Assembly: GCA_043228905.1 (NCBI GenBank)
Contig: JBHGNT010000001.1
Coordinates: 34,968,001 to 35,032,000 of the forward strand
Source: Azolla caroliniana
Taxonomy: Eukaryota > Plantae > Polypodiophyta
DNA: 64,000 nucleotides
Reading direction: 5' to 3'
In this document: positions 36,698 to 50,787 of the stretch, in pieces
Layout: the number at the start of each line of letters is the position of its first letter
How positions within the stretch are numbered: position 1 is the stretch's first letter
Position numbers and translations under genes: made by a program
Notes under the pieces: model-generated
Database searches by the model: none
What the model saw: the letters and a program-made list of their open reading frames with translations, nothing else
What the model was told of the DNA's origin: nothing

Positions 36698-39600
36698 TGT
36701 ACGTATGTATGTATATTTATGCATGCATGTATGTATGTATGTATGTATATGTGTGCAAGTATGTATGTATGTATGTATGTATGTATGCATGTATGTGTAT
36801 GCATGTACATATGTATATATGCATGTATGTGTATGCATATACGTATGTATGTATGCATGTATGTGTGAAGCACATTGTTCTTACCTTGCAGCTAGACCTG
36901 TTTCTCCTTCATCATCTCCACCTTCGGTCTCTAGATTGGCTGCATTCTCTGCATCGAATTGCTCTTGTAACCAAGCGAGCCTTCGGAGCTCAACCTCCAT
37001 ATATACCTGGTCGGCAGGGTCTCCTCTGAACATCAAATAGAATTGAGACCTGTGGATTATAGATACTTGGCATAGATCCCATAACTGTGCTATTTGCATC
37101 CTTTCCTTCTGAAACAGCAACTTCCAGTTCTCTGGGTCACTTGGCATAACCGAATAAACTGTAGGTGATGCAGTAGACTCTCGGGGTGGAGTTACTATAC
37201 GTTGAGCTTTATCCAATGTCACCATGGTTGCTTCTTCTTCTTCTTCTTCGTCTTCTTCTTCCTCGCACCCCTGTTCATCTTCTCCTTCGTCTTCATCCTC
37301 AACGCAACCACCATTATTGTTATTGTTATTAGACTCTAACTCAAGCACCTGAAAATATGGGCGCACACATAAACAACAGAAGCATTTCAGCTGAAATTTT
37401 ACATAACCCTATTACCAAACATAGATAATGAGAACCATTCTATCTTCTGACTGAAAGACAAAAATGGCAAAAAACGAGAAAACCTTAATCAAAGCATTAG
37501 TAAATTAATGACAGAGAACTATTCCTAATGAGCTAAAATGCTGGAAATATTGTTGCAAGGAACTCACCTGGCACACAAGCAACTGCTTCTGGTATTGTAA
37601 CTTAGCTACTCTTTCCTTCAACTCCATCACGTATGTCCTTATGCTTCTTATATTCTCCTCAGCTGCTGTCTTAAACATGTTCTGCATCTTCTTGATGTCA
37701 ACCGAGTTGTTCCTTCTATGATGATTCACAGGTTTATTTATTTCCTTTGAAGATATATCACCCATCATCTCTCGCCCTTGTTTTCTCGATATCGATCTGT
37801 TATTACAGCTCATAGGAGTGTGTACATTTCCACTTCCATTGGGTGCTTGGTTCTCATCATTATCAAATTCCAATACCCTGCAGATACTTCTAGGAGATGA
37901 CTTCCGACCATAGTCAGAGTTTATGGAATCAAACATGGGCTTCTCATCAATCACATTGCTGGAGCTTAAGACCATGTTATCGATAGATTTCTGGACGTTT
38001 TGAAGCTTTTCTTCTAATGTAGCAATTGTCACATCAGCAACACAAATATTGACGTTATTACCCATTGCTTGGATCCTACTGATTTCTCCTCTCATCGAGC
38101 AACCAAGGCTCCCACGCAAAACCTGCTCATCATTCACCTCGGATTCTTTAGTACTTTTTAGGGTTTGTATCTCTTCTTGCAGCTTTTCAATGGTTGCGGC
38201 AGCATCTTGGTTCATATCAGCTTGGGCTAACCGTAGACATTCTACCTCTTTTTGTAAAGCTTGTAAGGCTCTGTTGGCATCTTCGCCAAGCTCATCTTGA
38301 AGTTGTTCCAGTTTCTTGATCTCTTGTATGAGCATCATGGATGCAGTTGGAGATTGTCTTACAGCAGATTGTCTTGTTTCGCATGGGCTTCTCTGTTTTG
38401 GAGTGGTTTGATCAAACTCCGTAAAGGATCCTCTACATAATACCATGTCATTTGAAGATCTGGCACCGTTAGGTGTTGTATCTGGTGATATCACCATGGG
38501 AGACCTATCTTCAGGCTAGAGATAAGAAAAGAAAGATATCAGCAAGCATTAAGGTATATCATGTGGATTGAAGAATGAAGGATAAAATAACAGCCTATAT
38601 TTAACCATAGTCTTATTAGGAAATTCTACAATGCTTATATGTACCATGTTCTTATCAGCAGCCTTTTCTTCCTCAGCAAACCTCTTGCGAAATTTGTCAA
38701 GCTCATTTTGTGCAAGATCTCGTTGATAGTGTAGCTCTTTCACCTCAGCTCGAAGCTGTATTACATGACACTCCATGTTATAAAACACAAACAACATCTA
38801 AAAAACAGTTTTACACATTCATAAGCACATATTTGTTTGATTATTACCAAAACGATAACATCTTGTTTCACTTGCTATCAAACAAAAGGTTAGTAATTAT
38901 TAAAATACATTCATTATCATGAAAACAAGCACATGTTCTTTCGCTCACTATCTAATAATAACAAAAACAAACAGATTCATTTTCAAACATGTATAATAAA
39001 GACAATTCATATTCACACACCATAATACATGTCTACCAAATGGTTATACAACACATCCACACCTGTTGAATCTCAGCTTCCTTTGCAATCAGCAAAGCTT
39101 GAATTGTAGAATATTCAATTGCTGCATTTTCTGGAATACGGCGCTCTGCCTCCAACCTTGCCACTTCTTTCTGGAGCATCTTGACCATATCCTTGTCTGA
39201 AACCACCTGAATGCACATTGTGCATGCTCAGATAATGCTAAACTACTAGTATGGATGATATCTATGTATATACAGAATATGAACATGTATTCTGGTGACG
39301 AGTCTCAATGTTGACGAACATGTATAAATGTATGTACAGAATATGAACATGTAATCTGGTGACAAATTTCAATGTTGAAATAGCAAGACAATACATACGA
39401 TGCCTGAGCTCATTTGTATACATCTAGCTATGATGTCTAAATACATATATCTCCGTAATGAGTTCATTACCATGTTGACTTGGGCTGTATTTGTAACTTC
39501 TTTGGCTTGGGTTGCGAAGAAGAGCGTATTTCTCGACTGTTCGGTATGAGCCTGAGCGGGACTCATTGTGCAAATGATAGCAGTCCTTGCATTTCCTCCA

Positions 39601-41871
39601 AGAGAGTTTTGCAAAATGCGGGTGAGCTTTGAATCTCGGTATGGAAGATGACCTGATTTGGCTCTACCTTGCCCGCTGCATTCAACAAAATAAATGCTTT
39701 GGTTTGGTTCTCATCCCTATATATCTCAGAATTTTGTATGAAAATACTTGACCATAATATCTCAAAAAAACAAACGTTTTTCTTTCATCTTTTCATCAAA
39801 GAGACTAGACTAAACAAACGTATGCATCACTACCTTAGCTTTCTAATGATGGTTGTCAATGTGAGCAAACTCCGGTTTATATGGCAACCTTCCTTTAATC
39901 TTGTGCCTTCGGATTGTGTTTGCGAAGCTCGCTCACTTCCAGCTAAATCTACTAAATTCTACACAAGGAGTTAAAACCAGGGCGTTTAGTTCTTATGTTC
40001 TGTTCACTCATGTGCTTGAACATGAATAACCCAGAAGATTTTATATTGTTCTCTTACCAAGGTTGCAACCAGAGATTTTACTAATGCTCCATCAGCAACG
40101 CCACGAGGAAAACTCTCGACCGTCTATAGAAGGAAACAGCATAACTTAAAAAGTTAAATGTTGAATATTACTAGAAATTATTGATCACAGAATATTTGAT
40201 GGCTAAATTAATCACAAACAAAATTGCAATTCTGTTCTTGTTTAGCAAAAGGATTGTCATCTATACCAATCGGATGATTTGATGAGACCTTGAACTCGTT
40301 TCATTAAGCATGGTTTCTCCAACTTGTCTTTGAGCTGCATATTATGCTTAACAGAATTAGATAAAAACTGAATAATCGAATGTAACAATGCATACGAGGA
40401 GACAATTATGAAATACCTTCAATAATTGAAAGAATGTTGCGAAGATGTTTGCTGTCCCTTACCACATCTTCCACTAATCTCTCTATTTTGGTGCCTTTCT
40501 GTTAGGCCCAAGAGAAGAAGAAACAAAATTATTTTGTCTGTTGTCTGAATGAACAATCTTTATAAGTGGATGAACAAAACTAACTTTCAAATAAGAAAAA
40601 AAGGAAAAGAAATGAAGAAAGAATTTATATAAACCTCTGGATCATCCAGCAACCGCAAAGGAGCATTTCCACCGTCTGAATTCAGCAAATCCCTCACAAC
40701 TTCATTGTATATTTCGATAGCCGATATTCTTAAGATGAAATCCCTTTCACTATGCTGAAAGGTGTAATTAGGATATAATAAATAAATGGTTTTCGATTCA
40801 CTTAAATATGCATGTTATAAAAAGATATACACAGAATCTCATGAGAACGTATCAGATATCTATAGCCAACGTATCCATCCATCCATCTATCTATCTGTAA
40901 CGTATTCCTTACCTTGTGTATATAATCGTACATGTCATGAACGGCATTCTCTGTAATGCCTCTCATTGTAAAGGTCTTTCCACTGCTAGTTTGACCATAT
41001 GCAAAGATAGTAGCTATGAAAAATGGAAAACATAAAACTGCATCATGGACACATATATTGTTGCTTCTTTGCAAATTTTCATCTTAAATTCTATGTATTT
41101 ACATATATGTACATACTACTATTTTCTATTCAGCGGTATGAAATACCATTAATGCCAGAGAGAGCAGATAGAGCAACATCTTTGGCCCCTTTTTCATAAA
41201 CTTGTAGAGTGACGGAATCAGGTCCAAACACGTGATCTGTCAGACAAACAATCAATGAGAATGAGGATCTCAACACGTCATCAACAATGCGTGGGTTCTG
41301 ATTTCGATGTGAATTAGGGCTTCAACTTAACGTGAAATGTATCAAATAGGATCGAATCAAAGTACAAACGAATGAAAATTTAAGCTATATGTATGATTTC
41401 AATTTAACCCAACGCAAATCAAAACCGAAAGAACAGTGACATGGGATAGAAATCAAAATGCAACAAGCAAGTGGAATGAAATTAATCAAATGTCAAGCCG
41501 AATCAAATGAACGTTTGAATCCGTGGAGAGAGAAGCACGGAATATAATGAGAGAGACGTACCAAAGGTATAGGATTTGGGGTGGTTGTGCTGATGGGCAG
41601 GGGAGCGGTCGGGAAGGAGAGATGGGGGCGGGGGAGGCCGGTGGACGATGGTACGGTCATCAGCACATTCCCAAACTGAGCGGTCATGGTGACCCACCTC
41701 CCTGGAGCTCAGTGGGCGCACCCTCACGCTCACCAGGATCTTCTCCCTCCCTGCACTGCTGCCGCTTCCCCGCCCACAGAAGGGCGATGGCGATGGCGAT
41801 GGCGATGGAGCTGGGGCTGGGGCTGGGGCGGGGCTGCCGCCGCCATTCAAACTACTACTGCTCAAAGAAAA

Positions 41872-41874
<3 letters not shown>
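36059..41874 (-). CDS. NACK1: Kinesin-7, NACK1/HINKEL-NACK2/TETRASPORE type, ~14 exons
   Basis: [24 protein letters not shown]-loop, [37 protein letters not shown] motor motifs; coiled coils; NACK-type tail [80 protein letters not shown]. The symbol denotes the orthology group only. Confidence 0.93.
36495..36868. repeat. Long compound (TATG)n/(TA/TG/CA) microsatellite in the last kinesin intron
   Basis: About 370 bp of near-continuous purine-pyrimidine alternation. Confidence 0.95.

Positions 41875-41920
<46 letters not shown>
41875..41920. repeat. (CT)n/(GA)n microsatellite abutting the kinesin start codon
   Basis: About 23 units directly upstream of the ATG at 41874. More GA/GAGACA repeats extend to ~42125 and a TATA-like tract lies at ~42138-42148. 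Confidence 0.9.
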
Positions 41921-41921
<1 letters not shown>

Positions 41922-42006
41922 AGAGAAGAACAGGGGAGATCTTAAAAAGAAGAAGAGGAAGAAGGATTCTGCTTCTTTAGCTTCAGCTTCTGCTGCTCTC
42001 TGTCTG

Positions 42007-42041
<35 letters not shown>

Positions 42042-42094
42042 GGTGGTCGGCCTATAGAGTGAGAAGTAGAGCAGCCTTGATATTCATTCAAACG

Positions 42095-42127
<33 letters not shown>

Positions 42128-43189
42128 TCCCAACGGCTATATATATAACAGACCTGAGACAATACACACAACCACATGTCTGTACATACATACATACATA
42201 TTACACACACACACATTCATTCATACATCAAAATGCATGCATGCATATGTAGATGTACATACATACACAAATACATACATACATGTGTACATGTACGTAT
42301 GTACAGACATATGTACATGTACATACGTACATACATACTCACGGCCACCCGTGTCCCGCCTTGAAAGTATCTCACACAAACATGTGTTGGCTAGCTAGCT
42401 AGCGTACCGAGTGGGGGGGGGGGAGGTCCATCTTTATTGTATCTCCACTCGATTCGCTCCAACGAAAGGCCTAACTCCAACTCCTCTTTTTTGGTGCCTC
42501 CTTTTAGTTCTTGATTAGATCTCGGATGTGAATAGAAAGAGAAGGTTACCTTCTTAACCAACACGCTCTGGTGAACCCTTATATACTTTGATGGCGTAAA
42601 ATGAATTTGTGTATATGAAGAACTTGTGGTATCACCTCTCCTTTCTCGCAAACCCACCCTAACATGTTTCGATGCCATGAGTCTAGAGCAATTAGCTAAC
42701 TTTTGTTAAAAGATGATTGCTTCCAAACAAGCTTACTCCTCTCTACTCACCTTGGCTCGATGAAGATGTTAACCCTATCGTTAGAGACTTAGTGACTAGC
42801 TTTAATTTTGTAGTAAATTAGCTAGTGAGCGTTTTCACTTTCCTTTCCATGGTGTATATGGGAACAATTCCTATTGTTCTATCATTCACTTGCACAAAAC
42901 CATGATTCATGAATCATGAAAACGTGTGGTTGTGTGTACATTGATGTGGCTATGAGTGTTTGGTCACCAATATTCGTAGTCAATACATTAGAATTACAAG
43001 TCCCTTTCTCTGTTAGTCATGTTTGCCCAAAATTGAGAAGAAGAAGATAACCTTGTGTTGTTTTAGGCACCCTCCATTGCTATTTTAACAAAGCATGGTT
43101 GGATAAATCTCAAAAAACTTGTTTTAGGATAATTTCACAAACAAAGGCCTTGTAGTTCTATAAAAATTGTGGTTTTTGACAATTGTTGG

Positions 43190-44099
43190 ACATTTTTACA
43201 AATCAAGCCATCATGCTAGTAAGAAGTGGTAGAAAGAGTTCCAAGAATATATGTCGTGCTAGTAAGAAGTGGTAGAAAGTGCTAGTAATATATGTCGTGT
43301 TGTAGTGATGCAACCATAGAAAACATGAGAGAGAAATCGAGAAAATATTATAAGTCTCCACTAAAAGAGGGTTGGGGGTTAGGTGGAGAGACTACGATGA
43401 GATAGAGGAGAGGTGTTTATAAATCCTTGGATATAGCTATCAACATAGGTTATGTGGAACCATTCAGCAAACACATAGGAATTGAGAAAATGCATTATTT
43501 GTTGAGATAACCATACAATATCCTCTCTGATACTTTCACAAGCTCGACTCTCATACACGTTGGTAATATAGGTATTCCTAACAAAAGTCTCTATTTGGAG
43601 ATAGGTAATTAAAGGTATATCTTTTGAATAATTTTTAAAGAAACATGAACACCAAACATTTGATTTCCTTGCATTAATAAATTGTAAGATAAACGTTGAA
43701 GGTTTCATATGATGTCCAATTTCACATTAGATTTGGGATTACAACTCATAGGTATGACATGTTTTGTCACATTGTTATCTAACAGTGACTAACACCATGA
43801 CAATGGTTAGTTGCACAATTTACATAACCCGACCTAATATTAAGGGTGGAGATCATTTTTTTGTTTTAAGACATTGGGGATTGTGCCATATTTGTTGTTA
43901 TGGGGATAACCCTCACACTTTATCCATGTGTATAGAATACTACGGTACAATCTTACCACGGGATATTATACGGTCCATGTGTATAGAATACTGCAGTACA
44001 ATCTTACCACGAGATATTATACCCTCGCACTTTATCCACGTGTATAGAATAGTACGGTACAATCTTACCACGGGATATTATATGGTCATGCACATAACA
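43190..44099 (-). mobile_element. LTR remnant related to the gypsy LTR at 12659
   Basis: The reverse complement from 44099 reads TGTTATGTGCATGACCATATAATATCCCGTGGTAAGATTGTACCGTACTATTCTATACACGTGGATAAAGTGCGAGGGT, matching the gypsy LTR start, with that block triplicated. Left boundary uncertain. Confidence 0.7.
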
Positions 44100-46696
44100 A
44101 TTGAAATATGTTACAATGCTTACAACGAATAAAGATCAAGTATATATCTATATACACACATATATACACTTCCAATAAGAGGGTCAATGATTCTTTCATT
44201 ATTAGAGAGTAAGTGGATTACATACAATATCCACTACAATCAATATAAAAAGAATCTCCCATTCACACACATGCCATAAGGAGTGTGTGATCGGCGATTG
44301 CACACAAGATGTTGGGTTGAGCTTGATACCTCAATAATGGAGGCATGTTTGATGGCACACAATTATTCTGTGCTCAATTTAGGGGGGGGGGGGGGGGGGG
44401 GTCGTTCTTCTTGTCTATTGGTACTTTAGTATATTCTAGTACCCATGTAGTTTAGACACTACATTACTTGTAGCATTGTAGTGTTTTCCACGTGCAATAA
44501 ATATGTTGTATGTTTTAACAATTACTTGTAGCATTGTAGAGTTTTTGAAGAGTGGGGGACTTTCAATGGTGGAGAAAATTGCCAAACAAATTGGAATGTT
44601 CATGTTATGGCAATCTTGGTTCAAGAAAAAGAGTGACGCCACCAATGGTTGTCATTTCATAAATTGTGCCTCTGAACTCTAAACATGAAAACTACGGTAG
44701 AAAGTTAAGAATAAAGCATAATGCAAAGGCAATGGTGGTGGGCGCTAGTAGGGTGAGCAATGTATTGTTTGTTGATTCATGGCAAGTCAATTAGAATGAT
44801 TCCACGACGTGTGTGAACGCCCAAACACCCTCCTACATGGAGACAAGCGATGACAACAATCATCTAAACCAACACATTATCAATGAGGCCTAATTTGTAT
44901 ATCATTCTCTCATAATCTGCACCCTCAAAGATGAAAAACACAACAAACAAGTTATGGTGATCAAAGCCTAAAGATTACTTCTCAAGTAAAAAGTTAGATA
45001 ATTTGATGTTTAGTTCTTATGTAATAGATAGATAAAATGGGTATATATTATGCATTATGTGTATATGAGATAAGTAACTGGACATCTTTTTAATGTCCAG
45101 GCTCTAGGGGAGATTGATTTCAATATTTGAGATGAGGCCTAACCCACGACAAGGATTGAACTTGGAAGTTGGGCTCTAGCATAATCATGACTTTGCCTCT
45201 GTAATGTAAACCATCAAGCTAATAAATTACAAAGAAATGATAAGATTAGGCCTTCCACAACGTGCATTCTAGAAAGAGGGCATCTAATAATTTAGGACAT
45301 ATATACGATGTAATAAAAAGGTGTGGTAGTAGTTTTTTAGCAATTTATCACTAGGGTATTTTTTGTCCATGAGAAGTACACCACCTCTTATATGTATATC
45401 AATTTTGTTTTTTGAAATTATTTATCTGGGAAAACGTGCAAAAGAGATGGATTACTAGTAAAATTCTAAATGAAATGATGTTTGATATGTGCCAACAAAC
45501 ATACAGATTTGGAGTGGGCGGCATTTACTTCAATAAAAATGTTTGGTGACCAATCGAAATAATTTAACTGTTTAAAAACAAAAGGGTACAACTAAAAATT
45601 TAAAAGGGTTTATAACATGAATACTTTCATACAGTATGGTTCTCAAAAATAAGCTTGGTTCCTTCAAAGTCTAGTTTGATTGGCATGACTTGATACCCCA
45701 AGTAAGGCGCCTATTTGGAAAACGAGTGCTAACAAGCGTGGAAGAGTGTATATACTACTCAGAACGAAGTGGGCGAGTACTTGGATATGCCGAACATGAA
45801 TAAGATTGGCTAGAAAGATTACTTATCTTTACCCTAGAAAGATTGGCTACGGTCATTCGGCATGACTATACAATATTCATTGTAATAGTGGATTATCTTG
45901 TATATTGCCTCTGGCCACTTTAATTTTAATACTAATAGAGGATAGTTTTTCATGAAAAAGAAGTGGGAGAGTTCTTGACCGAAGGGAAACCGAAGACAGA
46001 GATCAAAGAGAGAGGGGTTTCCAATCACCCGAAATCCACGAATAAAAAACATGCACATTTCTTCGTGGGGTTCTTACGCCTGTTCTAGCACGGTCAAATT
46101 CAACGTTCAGAGCGTGGAAACCTTCTCAGGTTGCTACGTCTTTCAATATATATATATGCATATAATACACAACTCGTCAGGGTTGCAGAGAGAGTGTTTA
46201 AATGTATCGAACAATGCTTAACTAAAAGTCAAGGTTGCGATTGGGACATTGGGCGTGTCAGAGGACGGTAGGGATGGATATATACATATAATAAAAAGAG
46301 AGTAATCGAGAGGCCGATCGGGCCGACTCTGATAGACTGGGGGTGGCCATGTGTCTTGGTGGACAATAAAGATATAATTGGGATACGTAAAGAAGAAAAA
46401 AGGAGAGAAAGCTAAGTATACGCGAGAAGAAGAGAATAGAGGAAGGTATATGAAGGAGGAGGGGACGGACAAAGCCAGATGTCCGGACGGACGGGATGAC
46501 TGGCGGACAAAGCTAGATGTCCGGACGGACGGGCGGACTGACGGACGGCAAACGGCGCGCCGCTTCGTCGGTCCCGACGCCTGGCGGCTAACGGAGACGA
46601 CGCGTTTCCTGCTGTCTCAGACACGTACGTACGCACAGATGGAGAAGGCAAGGAAGGTCAGTCAGGTCGCGTTTCCTTCTACCGCCCCCACCCCCA

Positions 46697-46726
46697 CCCT
46701 AACCCTAACCCTAACCCTAACCCTAA
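46697..46726. repeat. (CCCTAA)5 telomere-like / telobox-like repeat upstream of the trihelix gene
   Basis: Five perfect CCCTAA units; a further AAACCCTAG at ~46838. Confidence 0.85.
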
Positions 46727-46952
46727 AGTCAAACACAGGAGAAGCCTCTCCTCTTCCCTCCCTTTCCCTGCTCCTCAGAATCCATCCCTCCATCCAAGCA
46801 GCAGCAGCAGAAGATATATCGATTCGAGTCATGATGAAAACCCTAGGTTTCTAGCAGAGTTTCTTGTTGCTCTGCGTCGTCGTCGTCGTCGTCGTCGCCG
46901 TCCACGACCACGATTTTAGGAAAAAAGAAGATTTTGAGAGGTCGAAGGATCC

Positions 46953-48041
46953 ATGTCTGCTCTCAAGAAGCCTACCGTCCCTTCTACTCCAGCTTCTGTT
47001 TCTGTTCCCGCGCATAATTCTTCTTCTTCTTCTTCTTCTTCTGCATCCTCGTCGTCTTCTTCGCCTTCTATTTCGGAGTGGCCGGACAAAGCCGTGTCCG
47101 CGCTTCTACGCACCTACACAGACAAGTTTTGCGCTGAGCGAGGATACCTGAGGAATGCCGACTGGGAAGAAGTGGCTCGCAATGTGAATTCTTCTTGCCA
47201 TAATCTCAAAATAATTAAAACTTTGAAGCAGTGTAAAGACAAACTGGATAGCCTCAAACGTCGCTACAAGTCAGAGAAGCGGAAGGCCATCAATGGAGGT
47301 GAGATCGTCTGGCCTTTTTTTCATACCTTAGATGCCATCATGAACTCTGTGTTGAAGCAAGGGAGAAGCTCTGCTGTATTGCCACTCCAGAGGTATTCCC
47401 ATAGCTATGGTGCTGGAAGCAATGGCAGGAATGATGGTGGATATGATGCAAATGATGGTGGAAATCAACAAAAAGAAGATCTCATTGAATATTCCAACTC
47501 ACATAATGATGTGGCTGACAGTCCTTTGTGTTCCGAGGATGATAGGTTAGCTGCTGAGCGCTTGCAAGATGTGTCTGATGGTGGTTTACATGCTTATTCT
47601 TCCCAACGTCAACAAGATCGTAAAGATCTATTTAATGGGAGAGGTGGTGATGGTAATCATCATCAACATTATGTATCTAATTGTGGAGATCATCAACGCT
47701 ATATGTTTGATGGTAAAAATTCTCATCAATATCCACATCTAGGGCATCTTCCATTGCTATATCATGCTAGTATTTGTCAGGGAACTCGAAAGTCTACAGA
47801 AAATTACCCACCACCAAATTTGAACCGAGCAGCAAAGCGTGGCAAACTTGGGGGCAAGAATGACATCAAAACATTGGCTGACATTTCTGTTAGTAAGGTC
47901 TTATCATCAAAATCAAGCTTTTCTATCATGATTTCTCAGATTGACGAAGCTAAGACAAACATTTTTGCAAAGATGAATTCTGAATTAGCCAAATTGGAGA
48001 AGATCAGAGATAAGAAGAGGAAGTTAAAAGTAAGTGATTGA
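46953..48041 (+). CDS. Trihelix (Myb/SANT-like, ASIL/SIP1-type) transcription factor, single exon, 362 aa
   Basis: Ser-rich N-terminus; WPDKAVSALLRTY...YLRNADWEEVA...KTLKQCKDKLDSLKRRYKSEK...WPFFHTLDAI domain; C-terminal helical/basic segment. Confidence 0.88.
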   Translation: MSALKKPTVPSTPASVSVPAHNSSSSSSSSASSSSSSPSISEWPDKAVSALLRTYTDKFCAERGYLRNADWEEVARNVNSSCHNLKIIKTLKQCKDKLDSLKRRYKSEKRKAINGGEIVWPFFHTLDAIMNSVLKQGRSSAVLPLQRYSHSYGAGSNGRNDGGYDANDGGNQQKEDLIEYSNSHNDVADSPLCSEDDRLAAERLQDVSDGGLHAYSSQRQQDRKDLFNGRGGDGNHHQHYVSNCGDHQRYMFDGKNSHQYPHLGHLPLLYHASICQGTRKSTENYPPPNLNRAAKRGKLGGKNDIKTLADISVSKVLSSKSSFSIMISQIDEAKTNIFAKMNSELAKLEKIRDKKRKLKVSD

Positions 48042-50787
48042 GCTCATTGCAGAAAATAAATGGATAAAACTTATCATCCTTAGAGGTCAAATATGACTTA
48101 CAAGACCAAGAAGAGAGATAAGAAAGGAGCAATAGTAAGGATAACGAGCACTAATCTTGATGCCTAATGGTTCTCGATGGTGATGTGAATTGGTGATTCA
48201 TTCTTGTAAGTCTAGCATCTCTTGCTTCTATTAACAAAGGGAGAAATTTCCTCAATGTATCTTAAGAGGGTTTAGCAGTATCAGATGTTGACACCATTAT
48301 GGATGTCATTTTGGTTATTGTCATATCTGACATAGCATCAAATGAGATGCTTTCAAGGATATAGTTAACAGCACATTATTCTGAGTCTGTATTGTCATGA
48401 CTTGTAGCTCAAGTTGATGCAAAACATTGACATATTTGTTGGTCCAAGTTAATCTGTTGTATGAAGTTCGAACATGGTTAAGTTTGTACAAAACATTGAC
48501 TTGCATCAAAATGTTGAGGCAAGTTGATGTTTTGTTAAGATGAGATTATCTGAGCTACGACAGAATCTCGTTAAGACATTATCACTGAGTTGAAGATGAA
48601 AGGGCTAGTACTGAGGTAAACTCATACTTCCGAATGTTCGCACCCACATTTGTTCACTTGCTCCTTTGTGTCAATGTTTCATGCCACTTGCTCCATCACA
48701 CCCAAATATTTGTTTAGAATGACTCTCAGGTCTTCTGATTCATTGAATGCTAAATAGCCGTACAAGATTATGAATGTGTGATGAATCTGGCATGTTCAAC
48801 TCTCATGTACCACCTTCTGTACATTAAGTTACATAATTGTGGTATTGTATATCAATGTCATCCCCATTGTATCTTTGACTACTAGCATAGCAGCACTCAA
48901 ATAGCATTTGGTAGCTTATTTGGAAGAGGTTTACATCGAACTAATAAACTTTTCCCTTTCATGTTTGTGACACTTTATATGAAATTATTTTGCTCTGGTG
49001 GTATTAATTAAGTTTAATGAATGTGGTTCCTCCACAAGAATCATCTTTATGAATGCATTGCCATGATTACATGTACAATGGTGCTTATGTCTTTGATTTG
49101 AATTGATTTGGTTATCCTCGTGAACTCTGAATATGGAGAGTTTTCAAACTTAAAAGTTGTGTAAAATAACGAGTAGGTGTAGAAAAAGCCTAACAAAATT
49201 TAAAGGGAGAATTGTTTATTAATTAATGACTATAATCATGAGAGTAATTCATGGTATGATATATTAGAGGTCATGTATTAATTTGAAGATGCCTACCAAT
49301 GATCGATTAATCTCTAATCCAGCAAAGAGAAGAAAGAAATGAAAGAAGAGTTTCTTCATCCAAGAGAGAATCTTGAATTGAATCCCTAATTTGGGAAATT
49401 AGTTTAAAAATTGGTTGACTTAAGTTATGGAAACAATTCTCCAACATGCATAGTATAAGTTTAAATAATCTAAAGCCCATAAATAAGATGAATTTTTTAG
49501 TTTCCCCAACCTTTACTAATCTAAATTGTAAAGTTGAGCTTAAGTCCATTTAAACCTAATCCAACTTGAACTTTCTCTCAATGAAGGTAAACACAACCTT
49601 GGGGTTAGGATGGAGTCAACCAAATCAATCATTGGTAGACTTGAAGTATCATCAAATTGAGAAGCCTAAGTGAAAATTTATTCTATCATGCACTTGTATG
49701 TTCACAAAGAATACTTTCGATATTAAAGTGATGCATTGCAGGCAAGAGGGATCTTTGCCACCCTATGCTAGTAATGAACATTAAGCAAGCATCTTAAAGT
49801 AATTCATATGAAGATAAGAATATTATTGTTATGATTGTAAGTCAAAGAACCTTTAACAAAAACTACAAGCTTATATCCTTGATATAAATTCCAATCTCTT
49901 GAATCATGACTTCAGAAAATTTCTAATCTAGTTGATTTAAGAAAAATGACCACCTATAATAAAAACATCCTACCACAACCACCATGCAACTATAAGCATA
50001 TGTAAGTATAAAAGGTCAAGATTTCGTGAAAACAAGCTATCATTACTACAATAATGTAAGCTTTATACATATTAGCTATGTTGCTTTGTTTTCAAGACTA
50101 TACAAGTTTAGGCTTTGTATTTAAGAATTGTAATTGTGTTTCTAGTTTTCTAGTAAGAGAATCTACTCACTTCACCATTTTGCATAAAGAGGGGTTGCAT
50201 TGTTTTCAAGATTGTAAAAGTGTAGGGTTTGTATTGAAGAATTGTAATCATCTTTCTAGTTCTCTAATAAGACAATCTACTTCCACTTCAATATGTTGCA
50301 TAAATAAGTTCTATCAATCATCTGAAATAGTAAATAGTAAAAATTCATATAACCAAATTCATATAAGGTATGTTCATATGACTTGAGGCTCTTCAGCTGA
50401 CATTTACCTGCCAATCATGATGACCTTTGTTCATCTTTGTGTTTTATTACAAAACTGTACTTTATTTAGGGAATGTGATCTACAAATTCAGTGATTTTAA
50501 TACAACATAACAATCTATACCTATATAGAGTTATACCAATTTCTAATACATGCATTTTTCTATGTACCTACCTATCTAACTATAGTTTCCTCTATAGTAA
50601 TATCTAAAACAATATTGAAGTTGTCCACATCTTTTAAGATGCAAGCATTTTATCAGTTTGAGAACACCTTTTTGCTTAACAATATCCTTTGTCCAAAACA
50701 TATAATCTCTTATTCTAATATTGTCAAAATGATGTCATACAAGGTAAATATGTTGGGCAAAAGCATTCCAACAACATGCAATGAGAA

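Noticed and set aside
36126-37040. Long plus-strand ORFs (304 and 254 aa) and overlapping YIHT/MYVC ORFs
   Set aside because: Artefacts of the (TATG)n microsatellite and of antisense reading of kinesin exons.
44382-44401. G20 homopolymer (also poly-C at ~3898 and poly-G at ~42413)
   Set aside because: Simple homopolymers, possibly length-inaccurate; no supporting context.
46378-46854. 158-aa ORF upstream of the trihelix gene
   Set aside because: Built from GGAC and CCCTAA repeats in a GC-rich promoter region; non-ATG start.
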